From sequence record ON529850.1: 64,000 bases of DNA. One strand, written 5' to 3'. Within the stretch, counting starts at the first letter, position 1. Each line of letters starts with the position of its first letter. Shown here in pieces: positions 44,058-52,688 of the stretch. Made by a program: the position numbers and the translations under genes. Under the pieces are notes generated by a model. That model was not told the DNA's origin. It made no database searches and saw only the letters and a list, made by a program, of their open reading frames with translations.

Positions 44058-44212
44058 CCTGCGCTCACCGCTGCGAGGAAGTGGCGTTGGGTTTGCTCCA
44101 ACCACCGCTCGAAAGGATGGTGTTCGGAGCGCACGCCGGCGCGCGGTTCCGCCTGATCGAACAAGGCTTCAGCAGCGCGGATTTGTTCAGGCGTGGGCGT
44201 CGGTCCGCTCAT
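44054..44212 (-). CDS. small hypothetical protein (52 aa)
   Basis: hand-translated; coupled both ends. Confidence 0.65.
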   Translation of the reverse strand: MSGPTPTPEQIRAAEALFDQAEPRAGVRSEHHPFERWLEQTQRHFLAAVSAG

Positions 44213-44457
44213 TTCAGAGCCGCCTTAGCCCGCACCTTGCTGTCGTCCGCCAGGGTATAGGCGGCGACGACGCCCTGCCCGCGCGGGGTTGCGATGTCGA
44301 AGCCCTTGTTGCGCAGTTTCGACAGGATCACCTTGAAGCTGGCGTCGTTTTCGGTGACGCCTTCCATCAGGCCGGCCTTGTCGAGGGGCTTCTTCGCCTT
44401 CACCAGGCGCGACAGGATGATTTGTTCGCTGGGGGTCAGCGTCGGGGTTTGGGTCAT
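44209..44457 (-). CDS. winged-helix DNA-binding protein
   Basis: SFKVILSKLRNKGFDI..G..YTL. Confidence 0.8.
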   Translation of the reverse strand: MTQTPTLTPSEQIILSRLVKAKKPLDKAGLMEGVTENDASFKVILSKLRNKGFDIATPRGQGVVAAYTLADDSKVRAKAALK

Positions 44458-44458
44458 G

Positions 44459-44779
44459 TCAGATCACCAGAATTCGGTTGAAGTCGAAGATGTCGTAGAG
44501 GTCGTTCAGGATGTTCTTCACCTCGTCCGGATCGTCCTCGGCGTCGTGGCAATAGTCGATGAAGTCCTCCAGCAGATCGACCAGGGCAAGATCGTGCGCC
44601 ACGTCCTTCTTGTGGATGAAGTCGTGCAGGCGCGGCGCCACCGCATTGATGATGCGCTTGACGTCACCCACGACAAGTTCGTCGAGATTTTTCAACTGAT
44701 CCACGAGGTCACGCAGGCGGATAGAATAGCGCCAGCGGTGGCCGTGTTCCTGAATTCCGGCGAGGGCGGCAGGGTGCAT
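44459..44779 (-). CDS. hypothetical protein
   Basis: acidic C-terminus. Confidence 0.75.
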   Translation of the reverse strand: MHPAALAGIQEHGHRWRYSIRLRDLVDQLKNLDELVVGDVKRIINAVAPRLHDFIHKKDVAHDLALVDLLEDFIDYCHDAEDDPDEVKNILNDLYDIFDFNRILVI

Positions 44780-44788
44780 GGTGCGTTC

Positions 44789-45025
44789 CTAGAGGGTTTG
44801 CAGACGATCGCCAGGGCGGAGCCGGCGCATCTGACGCGGTTCATAGCAGACCACCGACATACCGTTATGGAAGAAGTCGGTATCGAAACCGCAGCCTCGC
44901 ACCTCCACTTTGCCGATGTAGCCGTAATACTTGGCGTGGGGGTCGCAGACGACCACGAAATCGCCGTCGTGATAGGCCCCCGGCTCGGTGGCGCTGATGG
45001 GGTAGGAGGTGAACTCCTGACTCAT
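44789..45025 (-). CDS. small beta-rich protein (KOW/SH3-like?)
   Basis: GDFVVV..G..GKV. Confidence 0.7.
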   Translation of the reverse strand: MSQEFTSYPISATEPGAYHDGDFVVVCDPHAKYYGYIGKVEVRGCGFDTDFFHNGMSVVCYEPRQMRRLRPGDRLQTL

Positions 45026-45354
45026 TTGATGCTCTCCCTGAACGCCGCCCAGTCTTTTATCCCAGCCTCTGTGACCTCACGACCCTGGTAGCCCAGACGC
45101 GCCTTCAGGCGAGAACTGGAGAACCGACTGATACGCCCGACCGGGACAACCGCCCGTCCAAGTCGGGACGGGTCAAGGATTTTTCCATAGCCGGTGTGAT
45201 CCAGCGGGTCATGCCCGTGCCACAGGCCGGTGAACAGCTTGAGACCGGGCGTTCGGGTGTTCAGGCCGGCGCGGACCTCGCGCCCCTTCACCACCAAGCC
45301 CACCCAAAGCCGATTGCGGGAGTCGCCTCGCAGGCGGTAGAGAACGGCCGACAT
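45022..45354 (-). CDS. hypothetical protein
   Basis: TGATG overlap. Confidence 0.7.
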   Translation of the reverse strand: MSAVLYRLRGDSRNRLWVGLVVKGREVRAGLNTRTPGLKLFTGLWHGHDPLDHTGYGKILDPSRLGRAVVPVGRISRFSSSRLKARLGYQGREVTEAGIKDWAAFRESIK

Positions 45355-45698
45355 CAGCACACCGTCCCGTTGGGGATACCCTGGATGTGCAGAGGCTCCT
45401 GGGTGTCGAGAAGGCGCAGGGCTCCGCCGTGGGCGTCTCGTTCCGGTGCGTAGCCGGCGTCCTCCAGCAGCTCTTCACACCGCAGCAGCATCTGCGCGAT
45501 CGTGTCGCTGTCATCACCCAGCTTCGAAATCCAGCTGACGACCACCGAACCCTCATCGACGCCCTTACGCACGCGAAAGCCCGAAGCGACGTTCAGAAAG
45601 CCGCGCACTTTCGCCGGCTTCATCGTCGAGCGTTTCAGACCACCGCGCGACAACACGGCGCCGACGGCCTGGGTGGTAAAGCTGAGTCTACGGGTCAA
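45354..45698 (-). CDS. hypothetical protein
   Basis: TTG start, SD AAGGAGG. Confidence 0.75.
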   Translation of the reverse strand: MTRRLSFTTQAVGAVLSRGGLKRSTMKPAKVRGFLNVASGFRVRKGVDEGSVVVSWISKLGDDSDTIAQMLLRCEELLEDAGYAPERDAHGGALRLLDTQEPLHIQGIPNGTVC

Positions 45699-45727
45699 TG
45701 CGGTCCTCCTTGTGTTGAGTGACGGTG

Positions 45728-45754
45728 TGTAAAGAAACGAAAACCGTGTGTCAA
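45728..45754 (-). promoter_or_regulatory. boxed phage promoter
   Basis: TTGACA-N9-CGTTTCTTTACA. Confidence 0.8.
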
Positions 45755-45757
45755 CGC

Positions 45758-46057
45758 TTAAATATACACCGACGCTTCGAGGCCCGCGTCCTGGTTCAGG
45801 GCCGCTTCGGCGTTACGCTGGGCATCCGCGCGGAACTGGTCGCGATCCTCTTGCGTGACCAGTGGCATGGGGATGGGTCCGCCTTGCACTACAAGGCCGC
45901 CGCGCTCGGCGAGCTTTAGGCAGGTTTCAGGCGTGCTGAACCACGACACATGCGGCTGCGCCTTCCCTGGAAACAGGGTGCTTTCGCTCACCAGTCGGAA
46001 CCGATGGGGCGGGTATGCCCAGCCCGACGGAGCTTTTTCGATCCAGGCGCGACGCAT
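45758..46057 (-). CDS. hypothetical protein
   Basis: TGATG overlap. Confidence 0.7.
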   Translation of the reverse strand: MRRAWIEKAPSGWAYPPHRFRLVSESTLFPGKAQPHVSWFSTPETCLKLAERGGLVVQGGPIPMPLVTQEDRDQFRADAQRNAEAALNQDAGLEASVYI

Positions 46058-46524
46058 CAGGCGTTCTGCGATTTGGGCCAGCGCTTACGCACGCCGGCGG
46101 CGATCTGACGCCCGCGTTCCGTGAGGGCGTAAGACGGGAAGGGGGCGATCAGCCCCAGACGGACCAGGTGAGTCAGGACCGATTGCAGCTGGATGATGTC
46201 GCTGGGCAACGGACGATCTTCGTCAAGGCGCAGCAAGGTGCGACGGTCTTCCTTGTCCAGCATGGTGTAGATGGATTGGCGATCGGCGGGGTCCAGCGCA
46301 TCCGTCTCGATCAGGGTGGGGTCGGTGCGCAGCGCTAGGGTCTCCAGACCCCGCGACATCTCGTAGATCACCGATTCGGCGCTGTGCCGATCCATCGAGC
46401 GCACGGCGCCGATCAGGCGGTTGGCGATCTCCAGCGCCAACCAGGCGGAGATCGCAAGCGGTGAATCGCTCGGTTCGGCCGAAAGCAGGTCGTCGAAAGC
46501 GCTGTCCAGGGGAATGTCGGTCAT
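46057..46524 (-). CDS. hypothetical protein with C-terminal wHTH
   Basis: SD AAGGAGG; LTHLVRLGLI..YALTERG. Confidence 0.75.
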   Translation of the reverse strand: MTDIPLDSAFDDLLSAEPSDSPLAISAWLALEIANRLIGAVRSMDRHSAESVIYEMSRGLETLALRTDPTLIETDALDPADRQSIYTMLDKEDRRTLLRLDEDRPLPSDIIQLQSVLTHLVRLGLIAPFPSYALTERGRQIAAGVRKRWPKSQNA

Positions 46525-46552
46525 GTGGCCCTCCTTTTCTGTCAATCGACTC

Positions 46553-46579
46553 TGTAAAGGAATGGAAGACCACCGTCAA
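46553..46579 (-). promoter_or_regulatory. boxed phage promoter
   Basis: TTGACG-N9-CATTCCTTTACA. Confidence 0.75.
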
Positions 46580-46583
46580 CGCT

Positions 46584-46646
46584 TCACTCGCTGGGCTTCG
46601 CCTGCGCTCGTGCCCGGCTCCGCCGGCGGCACCTCCGGTCGGTCCA
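46584..46646 (+). repeat. tri-hairpin dispersed repeat, copy 8
   Basis: loops TTC/TCC/TCC; abuts a minus-strand -35. Confidence 0.9.
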
Positions 46647-46714
46647 CCGGCTTGCGCCCGTTTCGATAGGTTGGTAAACATCACCCTACCTATCTAACGA
46701 ATGGACGAAACGAC

Positions 46715-47026
46715 ATGACGACGTCTCAGGTCGACTACGGTGAAGTGCTTTACCAGGCTTCGCTCGTCTCGCATGCCGCTGAACGGCTTCTGGAGGAGCA
46801 GACGCGCCTCACCACCCTGCTCGGCGCGCTCAATGTCCGTAACCGTCAGCCCGACGCCGCCTTGAAGACCAAGTACGGCAAGCTGTCGGAATACGGCGAG
46901 GGTGAGATGACCCGCATGTTCCTGGCGGGCATGAAGGATTCCGAGATCGCGAAACGCTTCCAGGTGACGCCGGCCGCAGTCGCGAACCGGCGCCGGTCCT
47001 GGAACGCGGGTTTCAAGCGCGTCTAG
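46715..47026 (+). CDS. HTH DNA-binding protein
   Basis: GMKDSEIAKRFQVTPAAVANRR. Confidence 0.8.
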   Translation: MTTSQVDYGEVLYQASLVSHAAERLLEEQTRLTTLLGALNVRNRQPDAALKTKYGKLSEYGEGEMTRMFLAGMKDSEIAKRFQVTPAAVANRRRSWNAGFKRV

Positions 47027-47265
47027 TCCGCCTTGGGCGGATAGGGCAAGGGGACGAACGGACGCCCTTCTCCGGCGTCCAGAAGCGTATCCAAGATCGG
47101 ATCGCGCTGTTCGGCCGTCAGCGCCCACAGGTCGCCCGTGCCGCCGCTGGTGTAGATCGAAATGAGGAGCCAGCGCAGGTTCTGCGCGGTGTTTTCCACC
47201 GCGACGCCGGCGTCGGCCGCTTCGAAATAGCGCTCGTGGTGGCGCTCTTCCTCTTCAGGGGTCAT
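47023..47265 (-). CDS. hypothetical protein
   Basis: SD GGAG before MTPEEE. Confidence 0.65.
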   Translation of the reverse strand: MTPEEEERHHERYFEAADAGVAVENTAQNLRWLLISIYTSGGTGDLWALTAEQRDPILDTLLDAGEGRPFVPLPYPPKAD

Positions 47266-47404
47266 GAGTTCTCCAGGGGAAAAGCTCCCGCCGCCGGCGG
47301 TGATTCCAGCGAACCCTTGCGGATGAAGCGGCGCAGCCGGGGGGCGCGCGCCTGACTTCGCGGGAGGTCCTGACGGACGAACCACCCTGCCACATTCAGA
47401 ACAA

Positions 47405-47516
47405 TAACAAAAGCCCCGGCGAACGCCAGGGCTTGAGAAATAAGGCCCCGCTCCGGAGCGGGGCCTCGGGTGCTTCAGAAAGGCGTTCCAAACCTTGTAA
47501 TAGCCTAACTTCTGAC
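47405..47516 (-). ncRNA. candidate ~110-nt small RNA
   Basis: TTGCAT-N16-TATAAT (47550..47523); TCAGAA/TTCTGA hairpin; two terminator hairpins. Confidence 0.55.
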
Positions 47517-47558
47517 CCCGCCATTATAGTCGAAAGGCGGGGAAATGCAAGAATCCTG

Positions 47559-47621
47559 TCACAAGGAGACAAGCGTGATGACAAAGACGAACAGGAACAC
47601 CCTGACTGCCAGGCGAATCAT
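47559..47621 (-). CDS. 20-aa hydrophobic peptide
   Basis: MIRLAVRVFLFVFVITLVSL; ATGA overlap with upstream stop. Confidence 0.55.
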   Translation of the reverse strand: MIRLAVRVFLFVFVITLVSL

Positions 47622-48019
47622 TTGAAAGCCCGTCGCAGAAGGGAAAACTTGGGGCAGGGGCGGATTTCGAAATCCTCCACCACCCCGATGTTCGTCGCCG
47701 TCACGTAGTCGAGATCGACCAGGTGCATCACGCCGATGGTGGCTTCTCCGGACGTCATCCAGAACCCCTCTCCGCAGAGCACGTCGGTGTAGAAGGCCAA
47801 CGTGCCGTGCTTCTCCAGGAGAACCACCAGGGCACCGGCCGGGGTCGTCACCCAGTAACGCTCGTTCGCGATCAACTGGATGGTCGCCAGGCCCTCTTCC
47901 TCCAGCTTGCGCAGCAGCCTCAGCTGGGAGCCCTTGTGGTTGAGTGCGCTGACGCGGTTGATCGGGCTCCCATAGCCATGGAGCCGGTTCAGCATGGTCA
48001 TCGGGATCATGGCGGGCAT
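47618..48019 (-). CDS. hypothetical protein with wHTH-like N-terminus
   Basis: LLRKLEEEGLA..YWVTTPAG. Confidence 0.7.
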   Translation of the reverse strand: MPAMIPMTMLNRLHGYGSPINRVSALNHKGSQLRLLRKLEEEGLATIQLIANERYWVTTPAGALVVLLEKHGTLAFYTDVLCGEGFWMTSGEATIGVMHLVDLDYVTATNIGVVEDFEIRPCPKFSLLRRAFK

Positions 48020-48021
48020 GG

Positions 48022-48921
48022 TCAGGGCACCGCCTGGACGCCGAACTTGACGTCGCCGGCCACACCACACGCCGACATCGCCCAGCCAGGCCCGACGATC
48101 ATCCGCATCCAGTCGTCGTAGGTCGTCCCCTTCGAGGCGCCGTAGGGGTTCAGGGTCAGCCATTGCGCCAGGGGTTCAGGCGTCTCGAACACCGGTGAGA
48201 TCGGGCTGCCTTCCGACACCGTTTCCCACATCTGGTAGCCGGGGCCTTCGGGCGGCTCTTCCGAGGCCCAGTTCTCGTAGGCGTCCTTGGCCTCCTGGGA
48301 GCGCCAGATCACGCCCGAACCTTCGCAGTGCGGACAGGCGTAGTCGACGCCGGCACGGTGGGCGCGATCGCGCAACACCACCGACATGTTAATGGAATCG
48401 TGCCCCATGCCCGACAGCGACCAGGCGTTGACCTCCTCGGCGGAGGGGATGTAGGGCGGCGACTTCTCCACCCAGCCGGTCTCCCTGGACCAGTTGTGGG
48501 TGAAGTCGTGCAAACGCACGGCCTTGACCAACGCCAGGACGTCGTCCTGATCAAGGAAATGGCAGCCGCTCTGATTGAAGAGGGCGCACAGGCGCCGCTG
48601 CTCACGTTGAATGGCGTCTTCACCGCGACCATAGTAGTGTGGCGCGTTCGCGACATTACGCTCGGCGGCCTGTCGGATGGCCGGATGATCCGGCGCGAAG
48701 GGAGTCTTGCCCGCCTTGACCGGATCGATGCCGCCCAGGTGACCATACCATTCGCGCCGGTGTTTGCGCGCGAAGGCGCTGTAGCCGAGCGAGGCGTTGT
48801 CCTGGTCATCCCAACATTCGGAGCAGGACTCACCGTAAGGGAGGGTGTTGATGAAGCCCTTCCAAGGCTCGTTGAGCGGCCAGTCGAAGTCCATCGGCAC
48901 GCGGCGAAGTTGTCTACCCAT
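48022..48921 (-). CDS. conserved phage hypothetical protein
   Basis: MGR.LRRVP.DFDWPL; PPEGPGYQMWETVSEGSPISPVF. Confidence 0.85.
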   Translation of the reverse strand: MGRQLRRVPMDFDWPLNEPWKGFINTLPYGESCSECWDDQDNASLGYSAFARKHRREWYGHLGGIDPVKAGKTPFAPDHPAIRQAAERNVANAPHYYGRGEDAIQREQRRLCALFNQSGCHFLDQDDVLALVKAVRLHDFTHNWSRETGWVEKSPPYIPSAEEVNAWSLSGMGHDSINMSVVLRDRAHRAGVDYACPHCEGSGVIWRSQEAKDAYENWASEEPPEGPGYQMWETVSEGSPISPVFETPEPLAQWLTLNPYGASKGTTYDDWMRMIVGPGWAMSACGVAGDVKFGVQAVP

Positions 48922-48998
48922 AATCGGTTCCCCTAGTCTAGCGAGACGGCCGTGCTGGCAATCGCTGTGTGTCGTTTAATGATGCAGGCGAGGCCTGG

Positions 48999-49697
48999 TC
49001 AGCAGGCGTGCCCGTCATAGCTGCCAGCGATCGTCGACGGAGACCCCTCCGCCGCAACATGGCCCAGGTCCTTGCGTCCCAGGGCCATGCCGGCGTGTTT
49101 CTTGTCCGTCCCATAGACCTCGGTGAACAGGGCGTCGCCGTATGCGACCCGTTCGCGCCGATAGTGGGTTTCGTCGAAGATCGGCTGGACGTCGAGCCCG
49201 AACCGGTGACAGAATTCGCGATAGGTGTGGTCGGCTTTCAGGAAGAACGGCTCCAACACCTCGCATTCCTTCTGGTGCAGATAGGCGGCGCCGCGCGCTT
49301 CGCTGAAGCACGACTTCGTCACCGCCACTGCGATCTGCTCGTCCCGAGACAGCGACTTGAAGGGGATGGTTTCGCCTTTGAACAGCGGCTCTTCAGGATC
49401 GAACTCCAGGTAGCCCGCCTCATCGAAGCGATAGCCGTAGCAGTCCACGACGAAATCGTTCACGCTCGACGAGCACATGACACGCGCCGGATAGCGCAGT
49501 TGCAGCGCGTAGACGAGGCGATGGGCGCTCTTGAAATCTTCTACCGGGTCGTTGGTCGCGAAGCGGATGTCCGGCTCGGCCGCCTTGATCATGTCCGGGA
49601 GGGTCAGGACGACCGCGCGGTAGGCATTCAGCCGCCGATCCTCGACGGAGTGGTCGTCATAGTCGATCGCCAGAAAGTAATTAGCCGGCATCCGCAT
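48999..49697 (-). CDS. hypothetical protein
   Basis: SD AGGAG. Confidence 0.75.
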   Translation of the reverse strand: MRMPANYFLAIDYDDHSVEDRRLNAYRAVVLTLPDMIKAAEPDIRFATNDPVEDFKSAHRLVYALQLRYPARVMCSSSVNDFVVDCYGYRFDEAGYLEFDPEEPLFKGETIPFKSLSRDEQIAVAVTKSCFSEARGAAYLHQKECEVLEPFFLKADHTYREFCHRFGLDVQPIFDETHYRRERVAYGDALFTEVYGTDKKHAGMALGRKDLGHVAAEGSPSTIAGSYDGHAC

Positions 49698-49905
49698 TCT
49701 CCTGTTGTGGGAGAGCCGTCAGGTCGCACCGCGCACAGACGTCGCCGCGATAGACTCGCTTCTCTTCGATATTGTGATAGCGGATGGGGCCGTTCCATCC
49801 GGACGGGTTCGGGACCGATTCCATCACGGTAACCGGCACCGTATCGTAGCGCGGGCGCATGCGGTGGCCGAAGATGCGGCACCACAGGGGAGCGGGATGG
49901 GTCAA
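49681..49905 (-). CDS. hypothetical protein
   Basis: TTG start, SD AAGGAGG; LWCRIFGH motif. Confidence 0.7.
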   Translation of the reverse strand: MTHPAPLWCRIFGHRMRPRYDTVPVTVMESVPNPSGWNGPIRYHNIEEKRVYRGDVCARCDLTALPQQENADAG

Positions 49906-49934
49906 GGGGTCCTCCTTCAATCTCATGACTTTGC

Positions 49935-49961
49935 TGTAAAGGAATGTTCAGCGTAGGTCAA
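49935..49961 (-). promoter_or_regulatory. boxed phage promoter
   Basis: TTGACC-N9-CATTCCTTTACA. Confidence 0.75.
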
Positions 49962-49984
49962 CCCGAAAATTGAAGGGGGCGCGA

Positions 49985-50332
49985 TCAGCCTCGGGCGGCG
50001 CGTCTCGCCCGTTCCAGATGTTCCGGCGGGCAGGGTGGTTCAGCGCTGAGCGTCGTCAGATAGGCTCGCCCTTGATCGGTGATCTCGTAGTCGCCGCGAC
50101 AGCCGCAAGGGCATCCGTCGATCACACCCCTGCGGATCAATCCCGCCATCTTGGCGCGGATCAGCTTGTCCGGGGTGTCTTCCGGAAAAAGGGGCGCGAC
50201 CGAGTGGTCCCAGAAGGTTGGATCGACCGAATCGGACCAGCACCAGGTGCCCCATCGACCATTGAGGGACGCGATGAACTCCACCAGAGGGCGATCGGGA
50301 AAGTCCTTCGCCTGGAGACGCCCGTTCTTCAT
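49985..50332 (-). CDS. wHTH-like phage protein
   Basis: KMAGLIRRGVIDGCPCGCRGDYEITDQG. Confidence 0.75.
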   Translation of the reverse strand: MKNGRLQAKDFPDRPLVEFIASLNGRWGTWCWSDSVDPTFWDHSVAPLFPEDTPDKLIRAKMAGLIRRGVIDGCPCGCRGDYEITDQGRAYLTTLSAEPPCPPEHLERARRAARG

Positions 50333-50625
50333 GGCAAGGCCTCACCGGTCGCACCCACCCAGAGCGCTTCCAGGATGGCGTCGTTCAGCCCCGTCAGGCG
50401 TTTGATCCCGTCCAGGAAAGCCGTCTTGAGGTGCAGGGCGTAGGCGTCGCCGGCGAACTTTTCCATGACCGCCATGATGTCCAGGTCGGTGGACTTCGTC
50501 GAGAGGGCGGAGATGGCGGCGGGAATCGGCGCATCGGGGTGCAGGACGCCCGCTTCGCAGGACAGGTCGTCCGGCTCAGCGGCGATCTTTTCGCGCAGCC
50601 AGTGTGGATCGATGTGCATCCGCAT
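50329..50625 (-). CDS. hypothetical protein
   Basis: TGATG overlap. Confidence 0.7.
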   Translation of the reverse strand: MRMHIDPHWLREKIAAEPDDLSCEAGVLHPDAPIPAAISALSTKSTDLDIMAVMEKFAGDAYALHLKTAFLDGIKRLTGLNDAILEALWVGATGEALP

Positions 50626-51110
50626 CAGTTCGGGTCCGCCAGGCGAGCGCCGCCCAGGTAGCGGATATAGACGCCGTTCAGCACGGCGCCGCACAACGCC
50701 AGGGCGGGTGTGTAGGAGGTGAACTCGCAGTAGTCGTCCATGTGGTCGTCGCTGATATAGCCGGGACCACCGACCCAGGCGCGGAAAATCGTGGGATCGC
50801 CGTTGGCGCCGGGGTATTCGGTGAACCCGATCACCCAGCCGTCGAGAAAGCGATCCTTCAGCCCCATCACCGCGTCAATCGACGCCGTCAGACGCTGAAC
50901 GACGCCCGCCGTCCCGCGCCGGGCTTCTGCGGCGGAGAATCGGTCGTCCTGGATACGATAGGCCAGGCCTTCAACGAGGAACTTCACCCCGCGATCCAGG
51001 TCGCGAACGGGTTCACGCGCTTCACCCAGCCGACGGTGCAGCTCCAGAACACGCGGGCCGTCCCGGCCGGCGTCCCAGGGCACTTCACGTTTATCAGCGG
51101 GATGCGTCAT
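50625..51110 (-). CDS. hypothetical protein
   Basis: SD GGAGG. Confidence 0.75.
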   Translation of the reverse strand: MTHPADKREVPWDAGRDGPRVLELHRRLGEAREPVRDLDRGVKFLVEGLAYRIQDDRFSAAEARRGTAGVVQRLTASIDAVMGLKDRFLDGWVIGFTEYPGANGDPTIFRAWVGGPGYISDDHMDDYCEFTSYTPALALCGAVLNGVYIRYLGGARLADPN

Positions 51111-51181
51111 GTCTTCCTCCGAAATACAGGTAGAGCGGGTTTGCCAGCTTTCGCGACAATCCGCAAGTGGACCGCCGAGAT

Positions 51182-51649
51182 TCACGCTGCCAGGCTGCGT
51201 TCGAACTTCTCGATCAGACGGTCGTATTTGTGCTCAGGCGCCTGCCCAAGGCGCTCCGCCAAAGACTTCAGAACCGCCCTAGTGGGAATCTTGTGCGCCA
51301 GCGCGTCGGGAACCTTGTAGATGATCTGGCGATCCTCCTGACAGATCACCACCAGGCGGCTGTTGATTTTGTCGACATAGAAGGACCGCAGGCGAAAGTC
51401 CTCTTTCGTCCAGGGGGTCTCGGGCTGGAAGCGCCTGAGAAGCTGACGCGCCTCCTGACGTCCATAGGTCGCCGCCTCATGATCGCCGGCGCGGCCGGAG
51501 CCCGCCAGGGTGATCTTGTGGCGAGAACCGTCCGGCGCGGTGATCACCGCAGCGGCGTGGCGCTTTGCGCGATGGAACTCGACCAGGAACCCGGCGGGTT
51601 TCAGGATCGCTTCAATCGCCGTGAGTTTGGCGCGCTCGTGGCTGGTCAT
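51182..51649 (-). CDS. hypothetical protein
   Basis: ATGA overlap. Confidence 0.75.
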   Translation of the reverse strand: MTSHERAKLTAIEAILKPAGFLVEFHRAKRHAAAVITAPDGSRHKITLAGSGRAGDHEAATYGRQEARQLLRRFQPETPWTKEDFRLRSFYVDKINSRLVVICQEDRQIIYKVPDALAHKIPTRAVLKSLAERLGQAPEHKYDRLIEKFERSLAA

Positions 51650-52026
51650 GCGCCGCGCCCGAGGATGGAGGCCGCCTTGTTCCAGGCGCGTAGTGTCGGA
51701 GGCACGATCGGTTTTTCCCCTTCATTGTAGAGCATGGCGGACACCACCGTCGCGACCCATTCCAGCTGCTGATCGCGCAGCCGAAGTATCCAGTAGCGTG
51801 CGATCATGTCGTCGGGATCGCCCATGGCCTGCGCCAGGGCCAGGCAGTCGGCGGTGTCCTGCCGCGCCGAGGAGAGAAGACCGCGCAGGTCGGCGGGATT
51901 GACCGTCTCGCGCGCCTCGTCGATCCCGCGCAGGGCGCCTTTCAGCTTGTGCGGGCAGGTATAGGCGCGCCGCACTTCCGTTTCGGCGTCGACGCAAATC
52001 CGCAGGAGGAAATCGCGATAGGTCAT
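51646..52026 (-). CDS. hypothetical protein
   Basis: start MTYRDF. Confidence 0.7.
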   Translation of the reverse strand: MTYRDFLLRICVDAETEVRRAYTCPHKLKGALRGIDEARETVNPADLRGLLSSARQDTADCLALAQAMGDPDDMIARYWILRLRDQQLEWVATVVSAMLYNEGEKPIVPPTLRAWNKAASILGRGA

Positions 52027-52095
52027 CGGGCGCTCAGTCCTGGCCCGCAAACACTGCCCATGATCATCTCCTCCAAGTTCATCGTCACTGACGGA

Positions 52096-52122
52096 TGTAA
52101 AGGAATGAAGAAAGCACGTCAA
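52096..52122 (-). promoter_or_regulatory. boxed phage promoter
   Basis: TTGACG-N9-CATTCCTTTACA. Confidence 0.75.
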
Positions 52123-52132
52123 GCGCATAAAG

Positions 52133-52161
52133 AAAAGGCGGCGGGTTTCCCCCGCCGCCTT
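52133..52161 (-). terminator. intrinsic terminator
   Basis: AAGGCGGCGGG..CCCGCCGCCTTTT on minus. Confidence 0.75.
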
Positions 52162-52167
52162 GAAGTC

Positions 52168-52611
52168 TTAGTCCTGCTTCTGCGGGACCGACACGGTCAC
52201 GTTGCGCGGGACCGATCGCCCCGCTTCGAGGACGGGCATGCCGGCCTCGGTGGGGATGTAGATGGTCTGGCGACCTTCCTTGCCGGCGGTTTCCTGCAAC
52301 ATGTGGATGTAGGACCACCGCAGGTAGTTGTCCGGACCGCCGAGCGATTCCGACATGATGCGGTTCGCTTCGTTGGTGCCCTTGGCGCGTTCGATTTCCG
52401 CCTGGGCGGTCAGTTTGGCGGAATCCAGCGCCGCCTGGGCTTCCAGGACGCGGATGCGTCGATCCTGGGTGGCGGCCTCGTAGGAGGCCTTGCCTTCCAT
52501 CTGACGCTTGTAGACGTTGTAGGTGGGGCAGCCCACCAGGGCGCCGGAAATGGCGAGAACGACCAGAAGGATGATGGTGATAGTGACGGAAACGACGCTG
52601 CGGTCGGACAT
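52168..52611 (-). CDS. SPFH/band-7-related phage membrane protein
   Basis: N-terminal TM; AEIERAKG..ANRIM..SL..YLRW; IYIPTEAGMPVLEAGR. Confidence 0.8.
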   Translation of the reverse strand: MSDRSVVSVTITIILLVVLAISGALVGCPTYNVYKRQMEGKASYEAATQDRRIRVLEAQAALDSAKLTAQAEIERAKGTNEANRIMSESLGGPDNYLRWSYIHMLQETAGKEGRQTIYIPTEAGMPVLEAGRSVPRNVTVSVPQKQD

Positions 52612-52661
52612 AGGCTCTCCTTTCATTGACAGGAAGTCTGTCGGTGGATGTCAGGAGGTCG

Positions 52662-52688
52662 TGTAAAGAAACGATTAGACGCGGTCAA
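52662..52688 (-). promoter_or_regulatory. boxed phage promoter
   Basis: TTGACC-N9-CGTTTCTTTACA. Confidence 0.75.

Noticed and set aside
47405-47621. Classical type I toxin-antitoxin pair
   Set aside because: The RNA is on the same strand, downstream of the peptide, and no complementarity to its mRNA was seen.
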